The notes: generated by a model from the sequence alone, not told the origin. Positions 8,774 to 30,401 are shown, counted from the stretch's first letter. The stretch is DNA of 64,000 nucleotides from Candidatus Babelota bacterium (GCA_013286795.1 JABDFA010000009.1:6023-70022), one strand, 5' to 3'. Program-made: numbers and translations.

Positions 8774-9475
8774 AGGTGTTTTAGAAAAGCAAATTAAAGT
8801 TCTGTGCTGGTCCTGCGTATAAGATGCACCTATTTGTGTAGATCCTAAAATTTTATAATATTTAAAACCAACAGAATTGAATCTTTCAATTTCTGTTTTA
8901 TCATCATCGTGACCTTCAAAAATTACATATTTAAAATTAGATAGAAATTTTAAAAATCTTTGTTTGTCATTTACCCATTTTAATATACTTGTACAAAGAA
9001 CTATATCATAATTATTACCTATTATTTGCTCATAATTATCTATATTAAAATCTAATTGTTTAATTTCCATGGGTATATTAAATGCTTGTTGTAATAGATG
9101 CGCTGCTTCAATCATTCTAGGGTTTCCAACCTTTGCTAGTTGCTCATTTGGCAAATCTACTCCAACACTTGATTTTGCTCTTCTAAATTTTAAAATATAC
9201 ATCGATGACATACCAATGTTGCAACCAAGTTCTAGAATTTTTTTGTTTTTAAAATTTAATGAATCTTTAATTAAATTCCATCTGTTTTCCCAAGCTCTTT
9301 CGCCGCCTATTTTTTCTCCATTTATTGTAATATTATAGTAAGATTTTCCATTTGATCCTCCTGATGGTATAGATAGTGCTTTTTTTAGAAGATCAATATT
9401 TATATCTATTAGGTTTTCAGAAGATTGGGCCATTGTAAATATAGTTGTGAATGATATTAAAGTAAGTTTTTTCAT
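8756..9475 (-). CDS. class I SAM-dependent methyltransferase with signal-like N-terminus
   Basis: Motif I 'KILELGCNIGMSS'. Downstream acidic 'VGVDL' and 'YDIVLCTSIL' fit the Rossmann MTase layout. Last gene of the minus-strand cluster. Confidence 0.65.
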   Translation of the reverse strand: MKKLTLISFTTIFTMAQSSENLIDINIDLLKKALSIPSGGSNGKSYYNITINGEKIGGERAWENRWNLIKDSLNFKNKKILELGCNIGMSSMYILKFRRAKSSVGVDLPNEQLAKVGNPRMIEAAHLLQQAFNIPMEIKQLDFNIDNYEQIIGNNYDIVLCTSILKWVNDKQRFLKFLSNFKYVIFEGHDDDKTEIERFNSVGFKYYKILGSTQIGASYTQDQHRTLICFSKTPLFFIW

Positions 9476-9476
9476 T

Positions 9477-10112
9477 TTAATTCCTTTTTTCTAATAAATC
9501 TTTTATAAAATTTTGATAATCATCTGGATTATATGAAAGCACGTGATTAAAATCAATAATCATTCTTAATTTATCAATATCATTAATGTTTATTATAGGA
9601 TCAAGATCTATTATATGATATTCATTGCAATCAAATGCTATATTATCAGGTACTAAATCTAAATAAATTACTTTATGTAATATAATTTTGCTTTTTAATT
9701 TTTCAATAAAAATTTTATAAAATTCATTTTGTGCATAAGCATCATATAGCTTTGATGCTCCTTTAAAAGAATAATATTTTAGTTTATTATTTAATGGACA
9801 ATCAACTCTGTATGTTATATAGCCTCTACATAAATTATTTTTATCATAAATTATTTCTTTTAAAGGTGATATATCTTGAAAAAATCCAGTTTTAACTGAA
9901 TGAGCAAAGAAATTGCCAAAAATATAGTCAGATTCCCATATCTTTATATATGTATTATTACTTGGATTTAGGTAAACAACTCTTGAATGTTTATTTTGTG
10001 TGGATTCTTTTATTTTTATACACTCTCTAAGATCAATAGATTCTAATTCTATTATTTTGTAATTAGCATTTAAGTTTGTACTTAAAAAAAACAAGAATAA
10101 ATTAAATAGCAT
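9477..10112 (-). CDS. small protein-kinase-like-fold protein (sugar/LPS-kinase-like), signal-like N-terminus
   Basis: 'TYIKIWE' (beta3 Lys-like), 'VIYLDLVPDNIAF' (catalytic-loop D..N-like) and 'YHIIDLD' (DFG-equivalent Asp). Motif-level resemblance only. Confidence 0.35.
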   Translation of the reverse strand: MLFNLFLFFLSTNLNANYKIIELESIDLRECIKIKESTQNKHSRVVYLNPSNNTYIKIWESDYIFGNFFAHSVKTGFFQDISPLKEIIYDKNNLCRGYITYRVDCPLNNKLKYYSFKGASKLYDAYAQNEFYKIFIEKLKSKIILHKVIYLDLVPDNIAFDCNEYHIIDLDPIININDIDKLRMIIDFNHVLSYNPDDYQNFIKDLLEKRN

Positions 10113-11070
10113 TTACCCACTCGATAAAATTTAAAAGTGTATTAATCCTATTTATATATGTGTGATTATTTTTTACAAAATCCATTAATTCAAAAAGTTC
10201 TTCTTGTTGGATATTTTTTAATTTTTCTAAAGCATCATAAAATAATTGATAAGTATTAGAATTATAAACTATTTTTTTATTAAAGAATTTATAAACTGTT
10301 TCTGAATTAGTGATTCCTATTTGACCGTAGCTTATATTTTTAAAAATCCTACAAGGGATGTATCCTTGTTCACATTGCCATTCTCCTTGTAAGGCTGGAG
10401 CCATAAAGGATTGTTGCGTTAATAAAATATTTTCTTCATTTGTTACATTTGTTAAATGTTCAAAATCGATACCATTTTCTTGACATGCTTTTTTAAATGA
10501 ATCTGTTTTATCTTGATTTCCAAAATTTCCAATACCTATTGTTCCAATAAAATAAATCTTCTTAGATTTTTGAATTTTTTGTATAACAGTTTTATTTTTT
10601 TCTATTTCTTCAGGTAATAGATCAGTTGCCCAGGGCATGTATATTATTCTGTCATAAGGGTTACAAAAAATTCCATTTTCTAATTTAGTTACATTACGTT
10701 CTTCACATTCTAAGGTATAAACTTGTAAATATATACATCTATTTTTTTTTATTAATTCATTATATTTCTCAAAATTACAATTATGTAAAATATAAAAACA
10801 ATCTTCACGCAATGGTATATTTTGATCAGCTTGGCCCTCTGTTAAAAATAAACTATTTGAGAAATCAATATTTTTTAAATCATCTTCTTTATCTAACCAG
10901 AGTGTATTATATCCCATAAAATTGAAAGCTTTAAAAAAAGCGCTATGGATATATGAATGTGTATGACTATGTAATTTGTGACCCCAAATTATTACTTTAT
11001 CAAAACTTAATTTTGCTATTATATTAAAACTCAAAAAAAATTGTAATAAAATTAATTTTTTATATTTCAT
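10102..11070 (-). CDS. hypothetical protein, possible GT-B-like glycosyltransferase
   Basis: ORF in an operon position. Start moved to 'MKYKKLILLQFF' (11070) because the 'MDICIKN' extension overlaps the upstream stop. 'KIYFIGTIG' and 'PCRIFKNISYGQIGITNS' are weakly GT-B/CgeB-like. Confidence 0.3.
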   Translation of the reverse strand: MKYKKLILLQFFLSFNIIAKLSFDKVIIWGHKLHSHTHSYIHSAFFKAFNFMGYNTLWLDKEDDLKNIDFSNSLFLTEGQADQNIPLREDCFYILHNCNFEKYNELIKKNRCIYLQVYTLECEERNVTKLENGIFCNPYDRIIYMPWATDLLPEEIEKNKTVIQKIQKSKKIYFIGTIGIGNFGNQDKTDSFKKACQENGIDFEHLTNVTNEENILLTQQSFMAPALQGEWQCEQGYIPCRIFKNISYGQIGITNSETVYKFFNKKIVYNSNTYQLFYDALEKLKNIQQEELFELMDFVKNNHTYINRINTLLNFIEWVNAI

Positions 11071-11075
11071 ATTTT

Positions 11076-14960
<3,885 letters not shown>

Positions 14961-14965
14961 TTAAA

Positions 14966-22665
<7,700 letters not shown>

Positions 22666-22691
22666 TACTAATTTTAACCCTTTTTAAGTTG

Positions 22692-24356
22692 TTAAAAATC
22701 AATTCCTGTATCAAATATTACTCCCCATTGATTTAAAGCATAATTTTTTTTGCCAAACTCTATCTCTCCTGCCAATGAAAAATAGGCTGGGTGGCAACCT
22801 ATTGAATAATTAAAACCAAATGATCCAAAAAATTTATTTGACCAACAAGTCGGATGCAATGGTGCCCCAAAATCTATATCTTCTGGCTCTATAAGTATTG
22901 CGTTAATATTGTCTGGAACATTATCAGGAGCACCTGGTGTAGAAATAGTGGATGTGCTTGCGGTTGTTAAATCTATTTGACATACTATTCCAGGAGCTGT
23001 TCCTGGACCCGACAAAGGTAAATCACCTTTTATGCCTAGTTCTCCTTCAAAAAAGCCATTCATGAAAATATGTTGGCTTCTTTTTTCTTTGGTTCTCAGC
23101 CAAAAATTGTATCCTAAATTAAAGAACATTTTGCAATATGTAAATTGAAACATTAATGATCCATCAAACATAAAATCGGCTCCTATTTTTGTTTGACCAG
23201 ATAAAGCATTAGCGGTTCTTTCAGCATTGCTTATAGTAGTTACGTCAGCATCAAATTGTTTTAATAAAAGGAGCTGACTTCCTGCACCATTATTTTTTAG
23301 AGCGAATAACCTTGATTGTTCTGCTTTAAACAAATGGGTTCCAACTGCATAAAGATATATTCCGAAACTTTTATCATTACATCTTTGCCAAATTTTATAT
23401 GCTTCTACTGTAGCGCCAACTTGCCAAGATTTATTTGCTCCGATTACAGGCTCAAATAAAAATTCAGCTGTAGGTCTGGAGCCTGTAGGTGCAACTACAT
23501 GCATACTGCCAGCAAAGTAAGAACAATCATTTCTATAAAAATCATAACCTAAATCAAAATGAAATCCTGCAACTCCTGTTTTAGTTTGTTTGCATAATGG
23601 GAACTTTCCATATTTTAAAGTGGGTACTAATCCAAAAGGTAAATCACCATTTAAAGCTTGAGAAATTGAACTATAAACTGGATTCACAGCGCTACAGTCT
23701 GTAGAAAATAATCCTGTTGGAAACGCTTGCGAGGTTTGTCCGGTTCCAGTGGAACATAAATTAAAATCTGTTTGACATCTAACTACCGGAACATCAATTC
23801 TTGTCCACAGTCCACATTTTATTTCACTTAAATCAAAAAAGAGGTCAAAATCTGCTATGAAATTATTAACTTCTGGTTTTGCACAAACAGTTCCTGTAGG
23901 TCCTGGTTGTAAGCCTCCTAATATATTTCCATTACTTAACCCTATTTGACTACCATCAATATCAAAAGTTTGATTATTGCCAGGTATACCAACAGTCATA
24001 CAATCTTTACAATTAAAAAAGAACCATTTTGCTGTATCTTTGTTATCAAAAGAGTTTTGATATTCAAAAGTTATGTTTAAGTTTTTTGTAAAACTATTAT
24101 CATCCATAAAGTTTTTACCATTAAGATATTGTAAAATTCTTCTTACTGAATTTGAATCTTGTGGTCTAAAAGAAAAAAAAGTTTTACCAAAAAGATTACC
24201 ATCACAACATTTGAATCTAGTTACATTGTCACATTCATTTTGTGTAAAAACAACAGATTGAAAAATAGAATTTGTGTCTTGACAGCAATCATTGTTAGTA
24301 TAGCAAATGTTTATTTGTAACAAGACAATAAGAGATAATATGCGTTGAATATTCAC
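22692..24356 (-). CDS. putative outer-membrane beta-barrel protein with Cys-rich N-terminal region
   Basis: Signal peptide 'ILSLIVLLQINICY'. Cys-rich 'NNDCCQDT...ECDNVTRFKCCDG'. Alternating amphipathic segments and a C-terminal '...FDTGIDF' (terminal Phe as in OMPs). Lies 26 nt upstream of paralog 3. Confidence 0.45.
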   Translation of the reverse strand: MNIQRILSLIVLLQINICYTNNDCCQDTNSIFQSVVFTQNECDNVTRFKCCDGNLFGKTFFSFRPQDSNSVRRILQYLNGKNFMDDNSFTKNLNITFEYQNSFDNKDTAKWFFFNCKDCMTVGIPGNNQTFDIDGSQIGLSNGNILGGLQPGPTGTVCAKPEVNNFIADFDLFFDLSEIKCGLWTRIDVPVVRCQTDFNLCSTGTGQTSQAFPTGLFSTDCSAVNPVYSSISQALNGDLPFGLVPTLKYGKFPLCKQTKTGVAGFHFDLGYDFYRNDCSYFAGSMHVVAPTGSRPTAEFLFEPVIGANKSWQVGATVEAYKIWQRCNDKSFGIYLYAVGTHLFKAEQSRLFALKNNGAGSQLLLLKQFDADVTTISNAERTANALSGQTKIGADFMFDGSLMFQFTYCKMFFNLGYNFWLRTKEKRSQHIFMNGFFEGELGIKGDLPLSGPGTAPGIVCQIDLTTASTSTISTPGAPDNVPDNINAILIEPEDIDFGAPLHPTCWSNKFFGSFGFNYSIGCHPAYFSLAGEIEFGKKNYALNQWGVIFDTGIDF

Positions 24357-24502
24357 TACTTGCTCCTAATAAAAGAAAGGATGATTATGGAGTCTTCTTT
24401 TTTTTATTTAATAACACTATTAATTATTTTTAAAAAAAACAAGATTGTTGTTGTTGATTAAAATAATATAGTCAAGATATGTATAAATGGTAAAATTACA
24501 TA

Positions 24503-27500
24503 ATGGAAAAATATTTTACTCATTTACATCTACACACAGAATTTTCTCTTTTAGATGGTGCCATAGCAATAGATAAACTTATTGATTTTGGAAAGCGTCA
24601 TAATTTTAAAGCATTAGCTATTTCTGACCATGGCAATATTTTTGGAGCAGTTAAATTCTTTGAAAAATGCAAAGCTGCTAATATTAAACCAATACTTGCA
24701 ATGGAGGCCTATTTTACTGAAGATGTTTCAATTAAATCTGTAGAGAAAAAATATTATCATTTAATCATTATTGTTCAAAATTCTATTGGTTATAAAAATT
24801 TATGTAAATTGATTTCTTATTCTTATCAACAAGGTTTTTATTTCAAGCCACGTATTGATTATAAAATATTAAGTCAATATGCAGAGGGACTTATAGTTAC
24901 ATCAGCTTGTTTGGGGGGTCACATTCCTTCATTATTAATGAATAATAGCGAGGAAGAAGCAGAAGCTAGAATGGATTGGTTTTTGAATCTATTTGGACCC
25001 GATAGATTTTACTTTGAAGTTCAACCGGAGGATCAGGAAGAGCAGAAAATTCTCAATCAAAAACTAATTTATTGGAGTAAAAAAAAAAATATTCAGTTAT
25101 TAGCAACAGCTGATTGTCATTATGTTAATCTTGATGATCATGAAGCTCATGAAATTATGCTTTCTATACAGACTCATAGTAAAATAGATGATCCGGATAG
25201 ATTTAGTTTTGGAAAGTGCAGAGCATATATGCGTACACAAGATCAGATGCTTGAAATTTTTAAAGATAATCCGGAGGCAGTTTGGAATAGTGGTAAAATT
25301 GCTAATATGTGTGATTTTGATTTTCAGACTGGTAAGCTATTTTTTCCTAAATTTGCTATACCTGAATTACATACAGAAATCACTTATTTTAAAGAAATCT
25401 GTTATAGAGGTTTTAATAAGCTGTTGGAAAATGACAGATTTTTGAAATCTGATTATGAAAAATATAAAACTAGATTAGATCTAGAAATTGAGCTAATAGT
25501 CAAAATGGGATTTGTGGGATATTTTTTAGTTGTAAGTGATTTTATCCAATGGGCAAAAGCTTCAGATATTCCTGTAGGACCCGGAAGAGGGTCGGCAGCA
25601 GGTTCATTAGTTGCCTGGGCTATAGAAATTACAAATATAGATCCAATTAAATATAATCTTCTTTTTGAAAGGTTTTTAAATCCTGAACGTATATCTATGC
25701 CTGATATAGATATAGATTTTTGTATTGAAGGTAGAGAAAAAGTAATTCAATACATTAGAGAAAAATATGGAAATGATAAAGTTTGTCAGATTATAACCTT
25801 TGGTACAATGATGGCAAAAGGTGTCATTAAAGATGTTGCCCGTGTTTTGGGATTTCCATTTGAAGATGCTAATTCGCTTACAGATTTAGTTCCGGATCAG
25901 TTAAAAATTTCTTTGAATGAAGCTGTCGAACAAGAGCCTAAATTAAAAATATTGTTAGAATCTAACCCAAAAATATCCCATTTATTTAATATAGCACAAA
26001 AGCTTGAGGGGATAACAAGACATGCATCAAAGCATGCTGCAGGATTAGTTATATCACCTGAAGCAATTGAGGATGTCCTTCCTGTTTATGTACCTCCCAA
26101 GACTAATGAACTTGTTACTCAGTATGCTATGACAGAGTTGGAAAGTTTAGGTTTTTTAAAAATAGATCTTTTAGGATTAAAAAACTTAACTCTAATTGAT
26201 AAAGTTATAAAATTAATAAAAAAAAATCATAACATTGATATTAATATAGATAAAATTTCTTTATTTGATAAAAAAACTTTTGATCTTATTTGCAAAGCAA
26301 AAACTTCAGGAGTGTTCCAATTAGAATCTGACGGTTTAAAGGATGTTTTAGTAAGACTCCAGCCAGATAAATTTGAAGATATAATTGCTGTTAATGCTCT
26401 ATACAGACCCGGGCCTTTGGGTTCAGGGATGGTGGATGATTACATTGAGCGTAGGCATGGACGACAAAAAATAGAATATTTGTTTAATGAACTTGAAGAG
26501 ATTTTGCAAGAAACTTATGGAGTGATTGTATATCAGGAACAAGTTATTAAAATAGCATCTGCAATTGGTGGATATTCTCTGGGAGAAGCAGATATTTTAC
26601 GCCGCGCTATGGGAAAGAAAAAAGTTGATGTAATGGCCAAACAAAGAGAAATTTTTTTGCAGCGATCAAATAAAAATGGCTTTGATACAGAAAAAGCAAA
26701 AACTCTTTTTGATTTGATGGAATATTTTGCTGGTTATGGATTTAATAAATCCCATTCAGCTGCTTATGCATTAATTGCATATCAAACTGCATATCTAAAA
26801 GCTAACTATTTACCTGAGTTTATGGCTTGTCTTATTTCTTTGGAAGCAACTAATGCAGAAAAAATGGTCTTTTATCTTGAAGAAGCAAAAGATTTAGGGC
26901 TTGAGATAGTCATTCCTGATATAAATTTTTCTGAAATTGAATTTTCTGTTAAAAATGGAAAAATTTTATTTGGCTTACAAGGTATAAAGAATGTTGGACT
27001 AGTTTCTCTACAAACTATTATTTCTGAAAGAGAAAAAAAAACATTCGCGGATCTTTTGGATTTTTGTATGCGAATAGATTTACGAACATCTAATAAAAGA
27101 GTTCTTGAAAATTTAATTTATTCTGGTGCTTTTGATAATTTACCAGGCAACAGGGCTCAAAAAATAGCTGAATTGCAAAAAATTATGGATAAAGCTGTTG
27201 AAGAGAAAAAGGCAAAATTAACCGGACAAATGGGTCTTTTTGCTGTTAAAAAAACAGATGCTGTTCAAATGTATGCTTATCAGCCTTTATCTGAATTTGA
27301 AGATAAAGAGAAATTAGAAAAAGAAAAAGAAGTAATAGGGTGTTATCTAAGTTCCCATCCTCTTGATAAACATATTCAATTACGTTGGCTGAAAGTTAAT
27401 TCATTTGAGCAAATTCTTAGCAAAATTAATAATTCTCTGCAAAAAGAACCCTTAGTAATAACATATGGTATTAAAAAGGGACAAAAAATTATAAGAACCA

Positions 27501-27931
27501 AAGCTGGCGATCCTATGGCATTTGTTCAGCTTGAAGATAAAAAACATTCTGCAGAAGTAATATTGTTTCCAAAAGTTTTTACCAAAGTTGAGCAATGGTT
27601 AGAAAAATATAATATTTTTGTAGTTAAAGGGTTTCTTGATTTAGCTTCAACAACTAAATGTAAAATTAAGGCTAATGAATTTATACCAATAGATCTATTT
27701 TTTGATCAATATAAATTAATAGATCAAGTTACTTTTAATTTACCAACTAATTTTACCCCTGAACATTTAGATATTATTAAAGGATTAAAAAAAGGGAAGA
27801 CTAAATTAAATTTAGTCTTCACAGAAAATGGTAAACAGTTACATATTAAAACCAATCAATCAATAAACATAACTACAGATCTTTTGCAAACTGTTTATTC
27901 TAAAGACATTGGTATAAATCTGGTTATATAG
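24503..27931 (+). CDS. dnaE: DNA polymerase III alpha subunit
   Basis: 1142 aa. PHP motif 'HLHLHTEFSLLDGA', 'GPGRGSAAGSLVAWAIEITNIDP', 'MPDIDIDF', 'FNKSHSAAYA'. Confidence 0.95.
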   Translation: MEKYFTHLHLHTEFSLLDGAIAIDKLIDFGKRHNFKALAISDHGNIFGAVKFFEKCKAANIKPILAMEAYFTEDVSIKSVEKKYYHLIIIVQNSIGYKNLCKLISYSYQQGFYFKPRIDYKILSQYAEGLIVTSACLGGHIPSLLMNNSEEEAEARMDWFLNLFGPDRFYFEVQPEDQEEQKILNQKLIYWSKKKNIQLLATADCHYVNLDDHEAHEIMLSIQTHSKIDDPDRFSFGKCRAYMRTQDQMLEIFKDNPEAVWNSGKIANMCDFDFQTGKLFFPKFAIPELHTEITYFKEICYRGFNKLLENDRFLKSDYEKYKTRLDLEIELIVKMGFVGYFLVVSDFIQWAKASDIPVGPGRGSAAGSLVAWAIEITNIDPIKYNLLFERFLNPERISMPDIDIDFCIEGREKVIQYIREKYGNDKVCQIITFGTMMAKGVIKDVARVLGFPFEDANSLTDLVPDQLKISLNEAVEQEPKLKILLESNPKISHLFNIAQKLEGITRHASKHAAGLVISPEAIEDVLPVYVPPKTNELVTQYAMTELESLGFLKIDLLGLKNLTLIDKVIKLIKKNHNIDINIDKISLFDKKTFDLICKAKTSGVFQLESDGLKDVLVRLQPDKFEDIIAVNALYRPGPLGSGMVDDYIERRHGRQKIEYLFNELEEILQETYGVIVYQEQVIKIASAIGGYSLGEADILRRAMGKKKVDVMAKQREIFLQRSNKNGFDTEKAKTLFDLMEYFAGYGFNKSHSAAYALIAYQTAYLKANYLPEFMACLISLEATNAEKMVFYLEEAKDLGLEIVIPDINFSEIEFSVKNGKILFGLQGIKNVGLVSLQTIISEREKKTFADLLDFCMRIDLRTSNKRVLENLIYSGAFDNLPGNRAQKIAELQKIMDKAVEEKKAKLTGQMGLFAVKKTDAVQMYAYQPLSEFEDKEKLEKEKEVIGCYLSSHPLDKHIQLRWLKVNSFEQILSKINNSLQKEPLVITYGIKKGQKIIRTKAGDPMAFVQLEDKKHSAEVILFPKVFTKVEQWLEKYNIFVVKGFLDLASTTKCKIKANEFIPIDLFFDQYKLIDQVTFNLPTNFTPEHLDIIKGLKKGKTKLNLVFTENGKQLHIKTNQSINITTDLLQTVYSKDIGINLVI

Positions 27932-27935
27932 CGCT

Positions 27936-28238
27936 TCATTTTTTATTAAACAGTATATCTTTTAAAGATTTTTTTTCTTTGTTGCATCTTAGGTTTGTTA
28001 GGTATAGATCTAAGTTTGGATCTTTTTTTAATAAGAGAGCAATTTTTCTTAATTTTTTTAAATTATTGATTTGTTTGTGAGCTTCTTCTTCCTTTTTCAT
28101 GATATCTTGAAGCGAGTAATTACGTACAAGTTTCCTGACTGTGTTTATTCTGGCTAAATACATTGAATTTGCGCTGCTGAAAGTAGCAAATAAAAAAGTA
28201 GATAAAACTTTAGTTTTGTAATTTTTATGTGTGAACAT
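27936..28238 (-). CDS. hypothetical small basic protein
   Basis: 100-aa ORF with a hydrophobic N-terminus and a Lys-rich helical remainder. No recognisable family. Confidence 0.35.
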   Translation of the reverse strand: MFTHKNYKTKVLSTFLFATFSSANSMYLARINTVRKLVRNYSLQDIMKKEEEAHKQINNLKKLRKIALLLKKDPNLDLYLTNLRCNKEKKSLKDILFNKK

Positions 28239-28314
28239 ATTATTTATCCTATAAATAGATCTAATACTTAGAATCTTGAAAATTGTACCTATTTAAAAGA
28301 TTTTGTAAATTATT

Positions 28315-28767
28315 TTAAATATTCTTTCTTGCTTCTTGACAATACTTAACGCATTCATGGCACCTGAATATACAGTTTTTACAAGCATCTACTACATCAG
28401 CCATCCATTCCTTAAATTCCTCTCCATAAGTATATGGCGGTTGAGTTTGATCCTGTTCTAGTTGAATCATGCAATTGGTACAAGCTTCCTGGGTTCTATT
28501 AGTAGCTTCTATTGCATGATCATACAATTCAATACATTCTGATTTTTTGCATTCTTTAATATGTTGTGTAAAATGATCTGCAAATCTTTTACAGCTTTCA
28601 ATTGTTTGGTCACAAATTACTAAACATTTATCTACTTGTTCAGCACATTCTAGTTCATTATTTTTTTCAAAAGTGTCTGTCAGTTTTTTACAAATCTCTA
28701 TACATTTTTTGCAAATTATTTCACATTGATTACAGCTTTCTAAAAATTCTTTTGATTTATGATTCAT
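28315..28767 (-). CDS. Cys-rich four-helix-bundle-type (DUF326/YhjQ-like) putative metal-binding protein
   Basis: Repeated C-x2/3-C spacing ('CNQCEIICKKCIEICKK', 'CAEQVDKCLVICDQTIESC', 'ACTNCMIQ', 'ACKNCIFRCHECVKYCQE'). Tandem paralog of 28782..29198. Confidence 0.55.
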   Translation of the reverse strand: MNHKSKEFLESCNQCEIICKKCIEICKKLTDTFEKNNELECAEQVDKCLVICDQTIESCKRFADHFTQHIKECKKSECIELYDHAIEATNRTQEACTNCMIQLEQDQTQPPYTYGEEFKEWMADVVDACKNCIFRCHECVKYCQEARKNI

Positions 28768-28781
28768 AATTACCTCCTTAA

Positions 28782-29198
28782 TTATTTAGATGCATTTATA
28801 CATTCATAACATCTTCTAGCGCATTCATTACATTTTTTTATTACATCTTCACATGCATCAATACATTCTTCCTGATTAGCTTTGCAATAATTTATACTCT
28901 TCTCACATGATGAAATGCATTCTTGGCATGTTTGAATACAGCGTTGCAAAACTGTAACACAGTGTTTGTCATCACAATTTTTTATATGCTCATTACATTG
29001 ATCTATCAATATTTTACTTGCTCCTATAGTTTCTCTACAAATACTTACACATTTGCCTACATCTTCTGCGCAGGCCTCTAAATTTTTTACGCTACACGCA
29101 CCTACTAAAAGTTGGCACACATCTATACATTTTTCACACTTTTCTATACATGTACTACATGCTTCAGCTAAACCTTTTGGTAAATGTTTATTATTCAT
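28782..29198 (-). CDS. Cys-rich four-helix-bundle-type (DUF326/YhjQ-like) putative metal-binding protein
   Basis: 'ACSTCIEKCEKCIDVCQ', 'CAEDVGKCVSICRE', 'CIQTCQECISSCEKSINYC', 'CIDACEDVIKKCNECARRCYEC'. Confidence 0.55.
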   Translation of the reverse strand: MNNKHLPKGLAEACSTCIEKCEKCIDVCQLLVGACSVKNLEACAEDVGKCVSICRETIGASKILIDQCNEHIKNCDDKHCVTVLQRCIQTCQECISSCEKSINYCKANQEECIDACEDVIKKCNECARRCYECINASK

Positions 29199-29376
29199 TT
29201 AACTCCTTAAATTTATATATTCTTAACTTCTTTGTTCAGTGTTGCAAAATTTTTTATACAAGATCAACGTTTTATTAGACTTTATACCTAATTAGATTCG
29301 TCGATTTCTCAGACAAGCTTTTAGGCATTACCAAGTTCTAGGCAAGTAAGTGTACTAGCGTATACAAAGAGTTTTT

Positions 29377-29415
29377 CCCCCCGCGCTCGTGGTGAGCTTG
29401 TCGAACCATACGAGC
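29377..29415. repeat. single GC-rich repeat arm
   Basis: 'ccccccgcgctcgtggtgagcttgtcgaaccatacgagc'. Related to 3531..3560 and the inverse of arms in 36564..36677. Confidence 0.8.
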
Positions 29416-29560
29416 AAATCAAATAATTCATAATATTTTAAGCTGATATCGCAAGAGATCTATTATAACAAGGAACTTATATCCTGCTGGACAAATTGTC
29501 TAATTGTGTTATTATTATATAAATAGTTAATTTATAAATATTATATTTAGGGGCAAAAAA

Positions 29561-30316
29561 GTGAAATTTTTACCAAAAACATTAATTTTTGCGTTATCAG
29601 TGACTTCAGGTATGCAAGCTATGCAGGAAGTTAAAAGGGAAGCTGAAAATAAAGAAGTTGTTGAACTAAGAGAGTTGCAAAAAAGGTTTCCTAGTTCTGT
29701 TAAATTCTTAATTAAAGTCTTAGGCGCACAAAAAGATAAGAAAAAAACCTTATTAGATAGGATTAATCCATTTGCAAAGTGTGAGTCTAGAGTAATAAAA
29801 AATGGTTTGCCTGACGATCTAATCATTAAGATCATTAACAATTATTTATGGATAGATAAAGTAAAATCTATTCCTCGAAATCGTATTATTAATTTGCAGG
29901 ATATAGCCGGTTTTGTAATAACAGGATCCTCTGATTTTGGTAAAACTGATGATATTGAAGGCATGCTTGTATATCCACCAGGTATGGGAGATCAATATGA
30001 TTATATGTCTGGAAATATAGATACATCATGCTATCGTTTTATATTTTACAAATGGGTTCCTCAACCATTCTGTAGGGATTTAAATAGTCCTAGAACATGT
30101 AGAAGTGGCGTTTCTCATAGTTTTAAATTTATGGGCTATTCTGTGTTAGATATAAATTCGAATCTAGATACATATGTTAATAATTTAAAAGAATTGATAA
30201 CTAAAGTTGAAGATGATCCTAAAATTGTTGTTGGTTTAGTGGTTTTGATGGGGGTAACTTATTTGGCAAGTACATCTGGAATAACTTATTATATTTTAAA
30301 AAAATTAAGAAAATAA
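29561..30316 (+). CDS. membrane-anchored protein with N-proximal F-box-like motif
   Basis: GTG start and signal-like 'LIFALSVTSGMQA'. 'GLPDDLIIKIINNYLW' fits F-box helix 1. C-terminal TM 'IVVGLVVLMGVTYLASTSGITYYIL'. Confidence 0.5.
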   Translation: MKFLPKTLIFALSVTSGMQAMQEVKREAENKEVVELRELQKRFPSSVKFLIKVLGAQKDKKKTLLDRINPFAKCESRVIKNGLPDDLIIKIINNYLWIDKVKSIPRNRIINLQDIAGFVITGSSDFGKTDDIEGMLVYPPGMGDQYDYMSGNIDTSCYRFIFYKWVPQPFCRDLNSPRTCRSGVSHSFKFMGYSVLDINSNLDTYVNNLKELITKVEDDPKIVVGLVVLMGVTYLASTSGITYYILKKLRK

Positions 30317-30401
30317 TTTAAAACCATTGATAAAAAAATAGCTCTTATTTATCATTTTTTTGGCTCTTTAAAATTTATAGTTTTACAAGAAGGGACAAAG
30401 A

